Assembly: GCA_963771075.1 (NCBI GenBank)
Contig: CAVYSE010000011.1
Coordinates: 32,001-96,000 of the forward strand
From: a candidate division FCPU426 bacterium
GTDB lineage: Bacteria; Oederibacteriota; Muellerivitia; Muellerivitales; Muellerivitaceae
DNA length: 64,000 bases
Direction: 5' to 3'
Below are positions 30,464 to 40,088 of this stretch, piece by piece (the stretch's first letter is position 1; each line of letters opens with the position of its first letter). A model generated the notes under the pieces. The model made no database searches, had not been told where the DNA came from, and saw nothing but the letters and a program-made list of their open reading frames with translations. The position numbers and the translations under genes are program-made.

Positions 30464-31947
30464 TCCACGTTGAACCCCAACTGACTAAGCGCTTCTCCGT
30501 GAAGGATCGGGCATACGCCTGAAGGTGTACCTTCAGACGGGCGGATACGCCTCGCTTAAAAAACTCTTCACCCTTAAGCCTGACCAGGTCGTTGAGGAGG
30601 TCAAAGCCTCGGGCCTGAAGGGACGGGGAGGCGCGGGCTTTTTGACCGGCATGAAGTGGTCTTTCGTGCCCGAAAAACACGGGAATCCCCATCTATTTGG
30701 CCGTCAACGCGGACGAGGGGGAACCGGGAACCTTCACCGACCGTTATCTTTTGACTTATGACCCCCATCTGCTCCTGGAGGGGATTATTTGCGCCTGCTA
30801 CGCCGTCGACAGCCACACGGCCTATATATATGTAAGGGGCGAGTTCTACGACCAGATCCAGATCCTCCAAAAGGCCATCGCGGAAGCGAAGGAGGCGGGC
30901 TACCTGGGCACGAATATCCAGGGGTCGGGTTTCGACCTGGAGGTTTACGTGCACCGGGGTGCGGGGGCCTATATATGCGGGGAGGAAACGGGTTTGATCG
31001 AGTCCCTGGAAGGCAAGAAGGGGATGCCCCGCATCAAGCCGCCCTTTCCCGCGGTGCAGGGGCTTTTCAACTGCCCGACCATCGTCAACAACGTGAAGAC
31101 CCTGGCCTCCGTGCCCTGGATCATCGAGCATGGGGCCAAGGCCTATGCGGCCATCGGGACCGCCGGATTCGGCGGGCACCCATCTCTTCGGCCTCTCGGG
31201 CCACGTCAACCAGACCGGTTACTGGGAACTGCCTTTCGGCATGCCCATGATGGAATTTATTGAAACATACGGGAAGGGAATAAGGGGGGGGCCTTGAAGG
31301 CCGTTTTCCCGGGGGTTCCTCTTGCCCGGTTTTGACCGCCAAGGAATGCGAGACTGTCACTCTCTGCTACAAAAACATGCACGACCACGGCACCATGTTC
31401 GGGACTGGCTGCGTGACGGTTTTGAACGAGCATACCGACATGGTGAAAATCCTGAAGAGCCTGACCCATTTTTACGCCTACGAGTCTTGCGGCCAATGCA
31501 CCCCTGCCGGGAAGGAACGGCCTGGGAGGATCGGCTGACCTGGAAAAATCATCGCGGGAGAGCCACGGCGAAGGAACTGGACCTGATGCTGGAAGTCGCT
31601 GACAACATGGAAGGCAAGACCATCTGCGTTTTTCCGCCGCCTGTTCCATGCCGTTGCGGAGCATCATCAAGAAGTTCCGGGGGGAATTCGAGAAGTACCT
31701 AAAAGAGCACGGCGGTCGCCGTTCCGGGGATGGTTTCATGACACCTAAAGCCAACACGAAGACACAAAGCCACAAAGAACGAGTAGCATTTTCCCAAATG
31801 AAGAAAAGTTTTTCTTCGTATCTTCGTGCCTTTGTCCCCCTTTGCTCCGCAGGAGCAAAGGAATGCGGGACAATACCAACCACTTTAAAAACTTTCATTG
31901 TGGGTTGGCATGTGTTGGAAGTGGGTTTAAGGATGAACCATGGTTAA
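30460..31947 (+). CDS. nuoF: NADH-quinone oxidoreductase subunit F, broken by multiple frameshifts; natural end probably near 31740
   Basis: Fragments [44 protein letters not shown] and GKTIC across several frames. Confidence 0.9.
31751..31840. repeat. Octamer inverted-repeat element (ACACAAAG family) at the nuoF-nuoG junction
   Basis: CCAACACGAAGACACAAAGCCACAAAG ... CTTCGTATCTTCGTGCCTTTGT. Confidence 0.65.
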
Positions 31948-33564
31948 CATCACCGTCAACGGAAAGCCCATGGAAGTGCCCGAAGGCACCAATGTGCTGG
32001 ACGCCGCCCTGAACAACGGCATCCACGTGGAGCATTTCTGCTACCACCGTTACCTGCCGGTGGCGGGTAACTGCCGCACCTGCATGGTGGAGATCAAGAC
32101 CCCCAAGGGGCGCCAGCTCGTCATCGGGTGCAACACCCACGTGACCGAGGGCATGGTCATTTACACGAACTCGGAAAACGCCAAGACAGGCCCAAAAAAG
32201 CGCCCTGGAAATGCTTCTCCTCGACCATCCGCTGGATTGCCCCATCTGCGACAAGGCCGGCGAGTGCAAACTCCAGGACCAGTACATGCAGGACGGCCAG
32301 TACGATTTCCGCCGGTCCGTTCCCCGCTATTTCAAGGGCGGCAAGGCCGAGGACATCGGGGAGCACATTATCCTCGACCAGGAACGCTGCATTCTTTGCA
32401 CCCGCTGCATCCGTTTCGTGGACGAGGTGCCGAAAACCTCCGAACTGTGCATCGTCAACCGGGGCCATGAGGCGAAACTCACGATTTTCCCGGGCCACCG
32501 GCTGGACAACCCCTATTCGGGCAACGTGACGGATATCTGCCCGGTGGGGGCGCTGACGCTTGAAGGAGTTCCGGTTCAAGCAACGGGTGTGGTTCCTCAA
32601 GAAAACCGAATCGGTCTGCCCGGGATGCGCGCGGGGTGCAACATCACCGTCGAGCAGAATCACGGCCATATTTTCCGCTTCATGCCGCGGGAGAACCCCG
32701 AAGTCAACAAGACCTGGATCTGCGACGAGGGCCGGTTTTCCTTCCCCCATTACCAAGCCAACCGGCTGGAAGAATCCGGTTGGGCCATAAGGTCACTTCC
32801 CTCGCAGGAGGGAATCATCCGGCTTTCCGAAATCCTTATCCGGGATGGGCAAGGATGAGGTGGCGGCTATCGCCTCCCCCTTCGCTTCCTTGGAAGACAA
32901 TTACCTGTTAAAAAAATTATTCGAGAAGAAATTCAATCCCGTGAACCTGGCCGCTCCCCTTTGGATGAAAAAGGGCGAGGCCGACAAGATTTTGAGGCTG
33001 GCGGAGCGATATCCCAATGAGCAGGGCTTAAACCTTTTGGGAATCCCCACCCAAGCCGAGGCCTTGCTTGAAAAGATCGAGAAAGGGGTCTTCAAGGCCG
33101 TGATCGTGATGCATCAAGACCCCTTTGGCCAGGACCCGGAAAAGGCGAAGAAAATATACGGAAAGGTGAAAGCATTGGTGTCCCTTTCCGTTCATCAAAC
33201 CGATACCGCCAAGCAGGCCGCCATGGCCTTTCCTGCCCGGGCCTTCATCGAAAAGTCGGGAACTTTCGTGAACGCGCTCGGACGCCTCCAACGTTTCAAA
33301 CGGGCGGTGGAGCCGGGCCATCCGGATATCTTGGAAGCCTCATTATGGATTTGTGGACTGGGGAGGCAAATGGGCCTGGCCGGTTTCGACTTTGAGAACA
33401 CCCCCGCCGTGTTCAACGCTTTGGCGGGGGAAAACCCGATGCTCTCGGGCTTAACCTTTGAATCCATCCCGGCCATGGGAAAACAGTTATCCCTTGATTC
33501 CATCGCCCTCGACCCCTTCCTGGGCATTCAAGCCCAACCCAATATTTTTGAGGTGAAGGCGTGA
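31940..33564 (+). CDS. nuoG: NADH-quinone oxidoreductase subunit G (short form), several frameshifts
   Basis: FCYH...AGNCRTC, HPLDCPICDKAGEC, RCILCTRCIRF, DICPVGAL, SVCPGCARGC, WICDEGRF, EKSGTFVNALGRLQ. Confidence 0.9.
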
Positions 33565-34868
33565 GCCCGGAACTCTTTACCTTGATCAACCGGGGCGTCA
33601 TGACGGTGGTGGTTTGGATTATTCCCCTTTCCTTCATCCCCTTTTTCATCTGGCTGGAGCGTAAGGGAAGCGCCATCATCCAGGACCGGGTCGGCCCGGA
33701 CCGCACTAACATCCTGGGAGTCCGACTGCTGGGGTACATCCAGAATTTCGCGGATACACTCAAACTCCTGATGAAGGAAAACCTCACCCCCGGCAAGTCC
33801 TATGGCTTTTATTTCCTGTTGGCGCCCTTCTGGTCCATGACCATCGCCCTTTTGCCCCTTTTGGTGGTTCCCCTTGCCTCGCCCATGGATTTTTTAGGCC
33901 AAACGGTTCGGTTCCAGGCCGCCAATTTCGACGTGGGCGTTCTCTACATCTTCGCCATCACCAGCATGGGGGTGTTCGGCGTGATCTTGGCGGGGTGGTC
34001 CTCCAACAACAAGTTCGCGCTTCTGGGGGGCCTGCGATCCTCGGCCCAGATGATCTCCTACGAGCTTTCGATGGGATTGGCTCTGGTGAGCCTGTTAATG
34101 GTGTACCAGGGCGTGCGCATGGACGGGATCGTGGAGGCCCAGGGAAATCCCCTGTCCTTTTTCGGCGTCACCCTTCCCTTACCGGGATGGGGAATCTTCC
34201 TACAGCCGGTCGCCTTTCTCCTTTTTCTCGTCTCGGGTTTCGCCGAAACCAACCGCAATCCTTTCGACCTGGCCGAGGGGGAAAGCGAGCTGGTGGCGGG
34301 ATATCACGTGGAATATTCCAGCGTGAAGTTCGCCCTCTTTTTCATGGCCGAGTACGTCAACATGGCGGTGGTGGCCTTTATCCTTTCCACCCTTTTTCTG
34401 GGAGGCTACCAGGTTCCCTTCGCCCCCACCGAGGTCCTCAAGGCCAACCCTCAGCTGGCTCTCGGAATCTGGGGCGCGATCCTCCTGGCGGGCGGGGTGA
34501 TTTTCGGCTACTTTCTCTTCCTCCAGGCTAAAGCGCAAAAACACCGCTACGAGGGCGTCAAGAAATGGGAACCCTACCTGTTGTCCCTGGCCGCGTTCGG
34601 GAAGGGCCTGGCCGGTTTGGCGGCAATCCTTTGGAGCCTCCTGGGTGGACCCTTGCCCGGGCCCATCGCGGCCCTCGTCGTGCCGGTCGTGCAGGTGACC
34701 TGCCTGATCCTCAAAGTCTTCTTTTTCTGCTGGCTTTTCGTGTGGGTGCGGTGGACCCTGCCCCGGTTCCGCTACGACCAGCTCATGCGCATGGGTTGGA
34801 AGCTCATGCTGCCCCTGGCCATGCTGAACCTGTTGGTCACCGGAATCTTGATTCTGGTTCAGAAATGA
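33561..34868 (+). CDS. nuoH: NADH-quinone oxidoreductase subunit H, with an insertion
   Basis: ERKGSAIIQDRVGP, GGLRSSAQMISYE, AETNRNPFDLAEGESELVAGYHVEYS, WTLPRFRYDQLM. Confidence 0.96.
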   Translation: MSPELFTLINRGVMTVVVWIIPLSFIPFFIWLERKGSAIIQDRVGPDRTNILGVRLLGYIQNFADTLKLLMKENLTPGKSYGFYFLLAPFWSMTIALLPLLVVPLASPMDFLGQTVRFQAANFDVGVLYIFAITSMGVFGVILAGWSSNNKFALLGGLRSSAQMISYELSMGLALVSLLMVYQGVRMDGIVEAQGNPLSFFGVTLPLPGWGIFLQPVAFLLFLVSGFAETNRNPFDLAEGESELVAGYHVEYSSVKFALFFMAEYVNMAVVAFILSTLFLGGYQVPFAPTEVLKANPQLALGIWGAILLAGGVIFGYFLFLQAKAQKHRYEGVKKWEPYLLSLAAFGKGLAGLAAILWSLLGGPLPGPIAALVVPVVQVTCLILKVFFFCWLFVWVRWTLPRFRYDQLMRMGWKLMLPLAMLNLLVTGILILVQK

Positions 34869-34893
34869 GAATTTTGTTTAAAGCTTTTTCTTC

Positions 34894-34944
34894 GCTGCCG
34901 ACTGCGAACTGTGGACTGCCATCTGCTTTTGAGAGGTTTAAATG
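34894..34944 (+). repeat. Heptamer repeat running into the nuoI ribosome-binding site
   Basis: GCTGCCG ACTGCGA ACTGTGG ACTGCCA TCTGCTT TTGAGAGGTTTAAATG. Confidence 0.7.
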
Positions 34945-35487
34945 AGGATTGTTCCCCGGCCCGGGATCAAGGGCCTCCAACGGATCTACGTGATCCAGGT
35001 CCTCCAAGGCCTGCTGGTGACCTTGCGCCATGTGGCTAGAAACCTGCTCCACCCCGGCAAACTGCCCGTGGTGTATTACCCCGAGGAAAGAAAACACCTT
35101 CCCCCCGCTATGCGGGGCAGGCACCGGCTGATGAAGCGGGAAGGCGGGGAACCCCGGTGCACCGCCTGCATGCTTTGCGCCACCGCTTGCCCGGCCGAAT
35201 GCATCCATATCCTGGCCGCCCCCGCGCCTGACAATGAAATTGAAAAATACCCGGCGAAATTCGACATCGACATGTTGCGCTGCGTTTTTTGCGGCTTTTG
35301 CGTGGAAGCCTGCCCCCTGGACGCCATCCGCATGGACGTGCCGGAGATCGCTATCACCGATTACACGAGGGAAAGTTTGGTATACCACAAGGAATTTCTC
35401 ATGGACCACCACAACGAGGAATACGCCCCGGGTTATAATCCCCCCCGGCCCGTGAAGTGGACCCACGGCGACCACGCAAGACCTTGA
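34942..35487 (+). CDS. nuoI: NADH-quinone oxidoreductase subunit I
   Basis: YYPEE, CTACMLCATACP, CVFCGFCVEACP. Confidence 0.96.
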   Translation: MRIVPRPGIKGLQRIYVIQVLQGLLVTLRHVARNLLHPGKLPVVYYPEERKHLPPAMRGRHRLMKREGGEPRCTACMLCATACPAECIHILAAPAPDNEIEKYPAKFDIDMLRCVFCGFCVEACPLDAIRMDVPEIAITDYTRESLVYHKEFLMDHHNEEYAPGYNPPRPVKWTHGDHARP

Positions 35488-35491
35488 ACGT

Positions 35492-35573
35492 CAGTCCGCG
35501 GTCGACAGTCAACCGTCGACAGCAAAAGCCTAAAGATTGGGTGGCTGTGGACTGCCGACTGTAGACTGTCGAC
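35492..35573. repeat. Heptamer arrays in inverted orientation between nuoI and nuoJ
   Basis: CAGTCCG CGGTCGA CAGTCAA CCGTCGA CAGC ... GCTGTGG ACTGCCG ACTGTAG ACTGTCG AC. Confidence 0.8.
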
Positions 35574-35594
35574 AAAATGCTTTGAGAGGTTTCG

Positions 35595-36098
35595 ATGATT
35601 GAAGCGGTTTTGTTTTATATCCTAGCGGCGGTTTTACTGGGCATGGGTCTCCTCGTCATTACAAGGACCAACCCCATCGCCTCGGCGCTGGCCCTGGTGG
35701 GGGCCTTCGCGGCCCTGGCGGGGCTCTACGCCATGCAATCCGCCCAACTGGCGGCCATCCTGCAGGTCCTGGTTTACGCCGGCGGGATCATGGTGCTGAT
35801 GCTTTTTGTCATCATGCTCTTGAACCTGCCTCCCCAGGCATTGGAGCCCCTGAAGGCCCGGAGCATGGCGGTGGTCCTCGCGATATTATCCGTGACGGCC
35901 CTGCTGGGCGCGCCCCTTGCGGGCGTTCTATTTGCGGTGAGACCGGGAGCCGCTCCGGCCCTCGCCGTTGATTTCGGGGAAGTTTCCGGCATTGGGGGCA
36001 AGCTTTTCGCCGACTACCTGTTCCCTTTCGAGGCCTTGTCTTTGTTATTGCTGGCGGCGGTTGTGGGAGCCTTAGTATTAGTGAAGAAGAAATTGTGA
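35595..36098 (+). CDS. nuoJ: NADH-quinone oxidoreductase subunit J
   Basis: NPIASALAL, QVLVYAGGIMVLMLFVIMLL, YLFPFEALSLLLL. Confidence 0.95.
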   Translation: MIEAVLFYILAAVLLGMGLLVITRTNPIASALALVGAFAALAGLYAMQSAQLAAILQVLVYAGGIMVLMLFVIMLLNLPPQALEPLKARSMAVVLAILSVTALLGAPLAGVLFAVRPGAAPALAVDFGEVSGIGGKLFADYLFPFEALSLLLLAAVVGALVLVKKKL

Positions 36099-36150
36099 CC
36101 AACGTTTTGAGGAAATAAATTCAAGAGGCCCAAAGGGGCCAGAGGAATAC

Positions 36151-36468
36151 ATGGATCTAATTTACCCTGTCACGCCGGCCCATTACCTGGTACTCTCGGC
36201 GGCCCTTTTCACCCTGGGAGTGGCGGGGGCCCTGTCCCGGCGCAACCTCTTCGTGTTGTTGATGTCGCTGGAACTGATGCTTAACGCCGTCAATTTGTCC
36301 TTTGTCACCTTTTCCCGCATGAACGGGGAGATGTCGGGACAAGTGGTGGTTTTGTTCGTGGTGGCGGTGGCCGCCGCGGAAGCCTGCGTGGGGTTGGCCC
36401 TGGTGCTCGCCTATTACCGGCTGGGTGAATCGGTGGACGTAGACCTTTTAAAGACCCTCAAAGGATAG
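36151..36468 (+). CDS. nuoK: NADH-quinone oxidoreductase subunit K
   Basis: RRNLFVLLMSLELMLNAVNL, AAAEACVGLA, terminal LKG. Confidence 0.96.
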   Translation: MDLIYPVTPAHYLVLSAALFTLGVAGALSRRNLFVLLMSLELMLNAVNLSFVTFSRMNGEMSGQVVVLFVVAVAAAEACVGLALVLAYYRLGESVDVDLLKTLKG

Positions 36469-36480
36469 ACCTTGCTGAAC

Positions 36481-38454
36481 ATGGAACATCTTCAAATTCT
36501 TTCCCGGGTGCCCTACGGGTGGCTTTGGTTGATTCCTGCCCTGCCCCTTTTCGGCGCGGTCCTGAACGGGTTCTTGACCCTGATTCAACGCGGCAAACCC
36601 GGCAGGATTCCCGAGTGGTTATTCAGCCTGATCGCCTGTTCGGGAGCTTTTGGGTCCTTCCTCGCGGCCTGGGCCGCCTTTACTCAGTTTAAGACCCTGC
36701 CGGAAAGTTCCATCCTGACCCAGGATCTAGGCCTTTGGATTGAAACCCAGGCCTTCCAGACCCATTTCACCCTCCAACTGGACAGCCTCTCCATGGCTAT
36801 GGTGATTTTTATCACCTTCGTTTCCAGTTTGATCCACCTCTACTCGGTGGGTTACATGAAGGGCGATCAGGGGTTTGGCCGTTTCTTCACTTACATGAAT
36901 ATATTCCTGTTCTCCATGCTTGTTCTGGTGATCGCCGACAATCTCCTCCTTCTGTTCCTGGGATGGGAGGGAGTGGGGTTTTGTTCCTACCTGTTGATCG
37001 CATTCTGGTTCGGCGACGAGGCCAAGGCGGCGGCGGGAAAAAAGGCCATCATCGTGAACCGAATTGGAGATGCCGGATTTCTGGCCGGGCTTTTGATCGT
37101 TTATAACTTGACGGGAACCCTCAACTTTGAGGGTTTGCAAGAACATAAACTTGTCTTTACGGAGCTTACCGCCACCCTGGCTTGTCTTTGCTTCTTCTTT
37201 GGTGCAGCGGGGAAATCCGCACAAATACCCCTCTATGTTTGGCTGCCTGACGCAATGGCGGGCCCCACGCCCGTTTCAGCCCTCATCCACGCCGCCACCA
37301 TGGTGACTGCTGGGGTTTATCTGGTGGCCCGGTTGCATTTCCTTTATGTGCTGGCACCCTGGGCTTCCCTGGTCGTGGCGGTATTGGGGGCCTTGACCGC
37401 CCTCATGGCCGCTTCCATTGCCCTCGCGCAAAATGACATCAAAAAGGTCTTGGCCTATTCCACCATTTCCCAGCTGGGTTACATGTTTCTGGGCGTGGGC
37501 GTGGGCGGTTATAGCGCCGGGATTTTCCATCTCATCACCCACGGATTTTTTAAAGCCGCCCTTTTCCTGGGAGCGGGTTCGGTCATTCATTCCATGAGCG
37601 GTGAACAGGACGTGCGGAAAATGGGGGGATTGTTGAAACACCTGCCCTTTACCAGCCTGGCCTTTCTGCTTTCATGGCTGGCCCTGACAGGGGTTGTTCC
37701 TTTTTGTGGAGGCTTCTTCAGCAAAGACGAAATTTTATGGCGCGCTCTTGCCACGCCCAATCCGCTTTTCGCCCCTCTCCCTGAGATTCTTTATTTCATC
37801 GGCCTTTTTACGGCTTTCCTCACGGGTTTTTACATGACCCGATTGGTGGCCCTGGTCTTTTTTGGGGAGTTTAAGGGAACGCCGGAAGCACTGAAACACC
37901 TCCATGAGTCGCCCCGGATCATGACCTGGCCCCTGATGTTTTTGGCTGTTCTTTCCCTGCCCATCGGTTGGCTGGGGACCCCCGTGGCCATTGGCGGCGG
38001 TGATACCCTGGGCAAGTTCCTGGAGCCCCTCTTTCGCCTTTCATCCCTGGAGCCCAATGCCCTGAGCCCCCGCTTGGAACCCGTTCTTATGTTCCTTTCC
38101 CTTTTGGTGGCGCTGCTAGGCGTGGGATCGGCCTGGTACATTTATGGGTTGAAGCACCTAGTGAGCCCTAAGCTTTTAAGATTGATCCCGGGCGGTCCCA
38201 AGGCCTTGGAACAAAAATATTACGTGGATGAGATTTACGAAACCACCGTGGTTCGTTGGGTGAAATGGTTCGCGCGAGCTGTTTCCAACTGGTTGATTGA
38301 GAAACTTCTGGTCAACCGACTCTTGGATATCTTCGTGGAAACGGGGACTTTATTGGGCCGATGGTTCCAAAAAACCCAAATGGGCCTGCTGAGGGTTTAC
38401 CTGGCCTACGTGGCCTTGGGTGCGGCCTTGCTGGTTTACCTGGCCCTTCGATAG
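36481..38454 (+). CDS. nuoL: NADH-quinone oxidoreductase subunit L
   Basis: IHLYSVGYM, GWEGVGFCSYLLI, GKSAQIPLYVWLPDAMAGPTPVSALIHAATMV, THGFFKAALFL. Confidence 0.96.
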   Translation: MEHLQILSRVPYGWLWLIPALPLFGAVLNGFLTLIQRGKPGRIPEWLFSLIACSGAFGSFLAAWAAFTQFKTLPESSILTQDLGLWIETQAFQTHFTLQLDSLSMAMVIFITFVSSLIHLYSVGYMKGDQGFGRFFTYMNIFLFSMLVLVIADNLLLLFLGWEGVGFCSYLLIAFWFGDEAKAAAGKKAIIVNRIGDAGFLAGLLIVYNLTGTLNFEGLQEHKLVFTELTATLACLCFFFGAAGKSAQIPLYVWLPDAMAGPTPVSALIHAATMVTAGVYLVARLHFLYVLAPWASLVVAVLGALTALMAASIALAQNDIKKVLAYSTISQLGYMFLGVGVGGYSAGIFHLITHGFFKAALFLGAGSVIHSMSGEQDVRKMGGLLKHLPFTSLAFLLSWLALTGVVPFCGGFFSKDEILWRALATPNPLFAPLPEILYFIGLFTAFLTGFYMTRLVALVFFGEFKGTPEALKHLHESPRIMTWPLMFLAVLSLPIGWLGTPVAIGGGDTLGKFLEPLFRLSSLEPNALSPRLEPVLMFLSLLVALLGVGSAWYIYGLKHLVSPKLLRLIPGGPKALEQKYYVDEIYETTVVRWVKWFARAVSNWLIEKLLVNRLLDIFVETGTLLGRWFQKTQMGLLRVYLAYVALGAALLVYLALR

Positions 38455-38552
38455 AAGGCAGATGTTTGCAAAAAGCCAATGGGCTAACAGCTGATAGGGT
38501 TGAATTGATGAAGTGGATTGAATCGTGATTTAGTTTGCTGAAGGGATAATTC

Positions 38553-40088
38553 GTGACTCTAACACTCATGATCGCTATACCGGCCGTGGCGGCCTTTTTC
38601 GCGGCCCTTTCGCCGGTGCCCAAGGGATCCAAGGTATTGGCCCTGCTGGCCTCCCTCGGTGTATTAATTCTTTCCTATCCCCTGTTGGCCGGGTTTGATC
38701 TTTCCAACGGCGGGTTCCAATTCAAGGAAGACGCGCCTCTTCTTCCCAATCTGGGGATTCACTACAGTTTGGGGCTGGATGGCCTTTCCCTATGGTTCGT
38801 GGTTTTAACCGCCTTTGTCACGCCGTTGGCCATTCTGGGGAGTTTTAAGGGAATTCAAAAAAATATTCGCGGATATTTCGCTTGCATGCTTTTATTGGAA
38901 TCCGCCATGTTGGGCACCCTGGCCGCCCGGGACCTGTTCCTTTTTTACCTTTTCTGGGAGCTCATGCTTATCCCCGTCTTTTTCCTGATCGGGGTTTGGG
39001 GAGGGCCGGACCGGGTGAGGGCCACGGTTAAGTTTGTCCTCTTTACCCTTTTTGGTTCGCTCCTGATGTTGGTGGCCCTGCTTTACATTACCCATGAGGC
39101 CCATAGCTTTGACTACAGCGTCATGCTGGACCACCATTTCGCGGAGGATGTGCAGTTCTGGTGTTTCCTCGCTTTCGCGCTGGCCTTTCTCATCAAGGTG
39201 CCGATGTTCCCGCTGCATGGCTGGCTTCCCGACGCTTACGCCGAGGCGCCAGCGGGTGTCACGGTGATGCTTTCGGCCATCATGGTCAAGCTGGGCGCTT
39301 ACGGGTTCTTACGGTTCTGCCCGGCTCTTTTTCCAGCCGCCGCCAAGGCTTTCGCTCCATGGCTTCTGGCCCTGGCTTTGGTTGGGGTGCTGCATGGGGC
39401 GCTCATGGCCACCATCCAGACGGACTTTAAAAGGCTGGCCGCCTATTCCTCCCTTTCCCATATGGGGATGGCGCTATTGGGTTTGCTGACCTTTACCTTG
39501 GCGGGTCTGCAGGCTGGTGTTTTCCTCATGGTGGCCCATGGGGTGTACATGGCAGGGTTGTTCCTGGTCATGGGATATCTCGAGGATCGCCGGGGTTCCC
39601 GGATCATGGCCGATTTTGGCGGGATGGCCCAAACTTCTCCCTTGCTCGCGGTCTTTTTCCTTTGGCTCATGGCAGCGGCGGTGGGCCTGCCGGGACTCGC
39701 CGGATTCGTGGGAGAGATTTTGGTCTTGATCTCCTTGTTCAAGGCCAATTCTTTTTTCGCAATACTGGCGCTGGCGGGGTTCATTCTTTCAGCCTGGTAC
39801 TTTTTCAACCTTTATGGGCGTCTTTTTTTCGGGGCGTCTAAAGATCCGAAATTATCCCCGTCACCGTCCTCGGACCTGGGCTTGGGGGAAACCTTGTCCC
39901 TGATACCTTTGGCCCTGCTGGTGTTATGGCTTGGTATCGCGCCCAATAATATTCTCCGCCCCATTGAGAAATCACTCCAAATGAACGTGATTGAGAGGCT
40001 CAAACCCCCACCCGAGATGACGGACTTTGCCGCCCGACAGCGTTATGAAGAGGAAATCAAAAGGGACCAACGGGAGAAGCGCAAATGA
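38553..40088 (+). CDS. nuoM: NADH-quinone oxidoreductase subunit M
   Basis: FYLFWELMLIP, IKVPMFPLHGWLPDAY, KLGAYG, GLPGLAGFVGE. Confidence 0.96.
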   Translation: MTLTLMIAIPAVAAFFAALSPVPKGSKVLALLASLGVLILSYPLLAGFDLSNGGFQFKEDAPLLPNLGIHYSLGLDGLSLWFVVLTAFVTPLAILGSFKGIQKNIRGYFACMLLLESAMLGTLAARDLFLFYLFWELMLIPVFFLIGVWGGPDRVRATVKFVLFTLFGSLLMLVALLYITHEAHSFDYSVMLDHHFAEDVQFWCFLAFALAFLIKVPMFPLHGWLPDAYAEAPAGVTVMLSAIMVKLGAYGFLRFCPALFPAAAKAFAPWLLALALVGVLHGALMATIQTDFKRLAAYSSLSHMGMALLGLLTFTLAGLQAGVFLMVAHGVYMAGLFLVMGYLEDRRGSRIMADFGGMAQTSPLLAVFFLWLMAAAVGLPGLAGFVGEILVLISLFKANSFFAILALAGFILSAWYFFNLYGRLFFGASKDPKLSPSPSSDLGLGETLSLIPLALLVLWLGIAPNNILRPIEKSLQMNVIERLKPPPEMTDFAARQRYEEEIKRDQREKRK

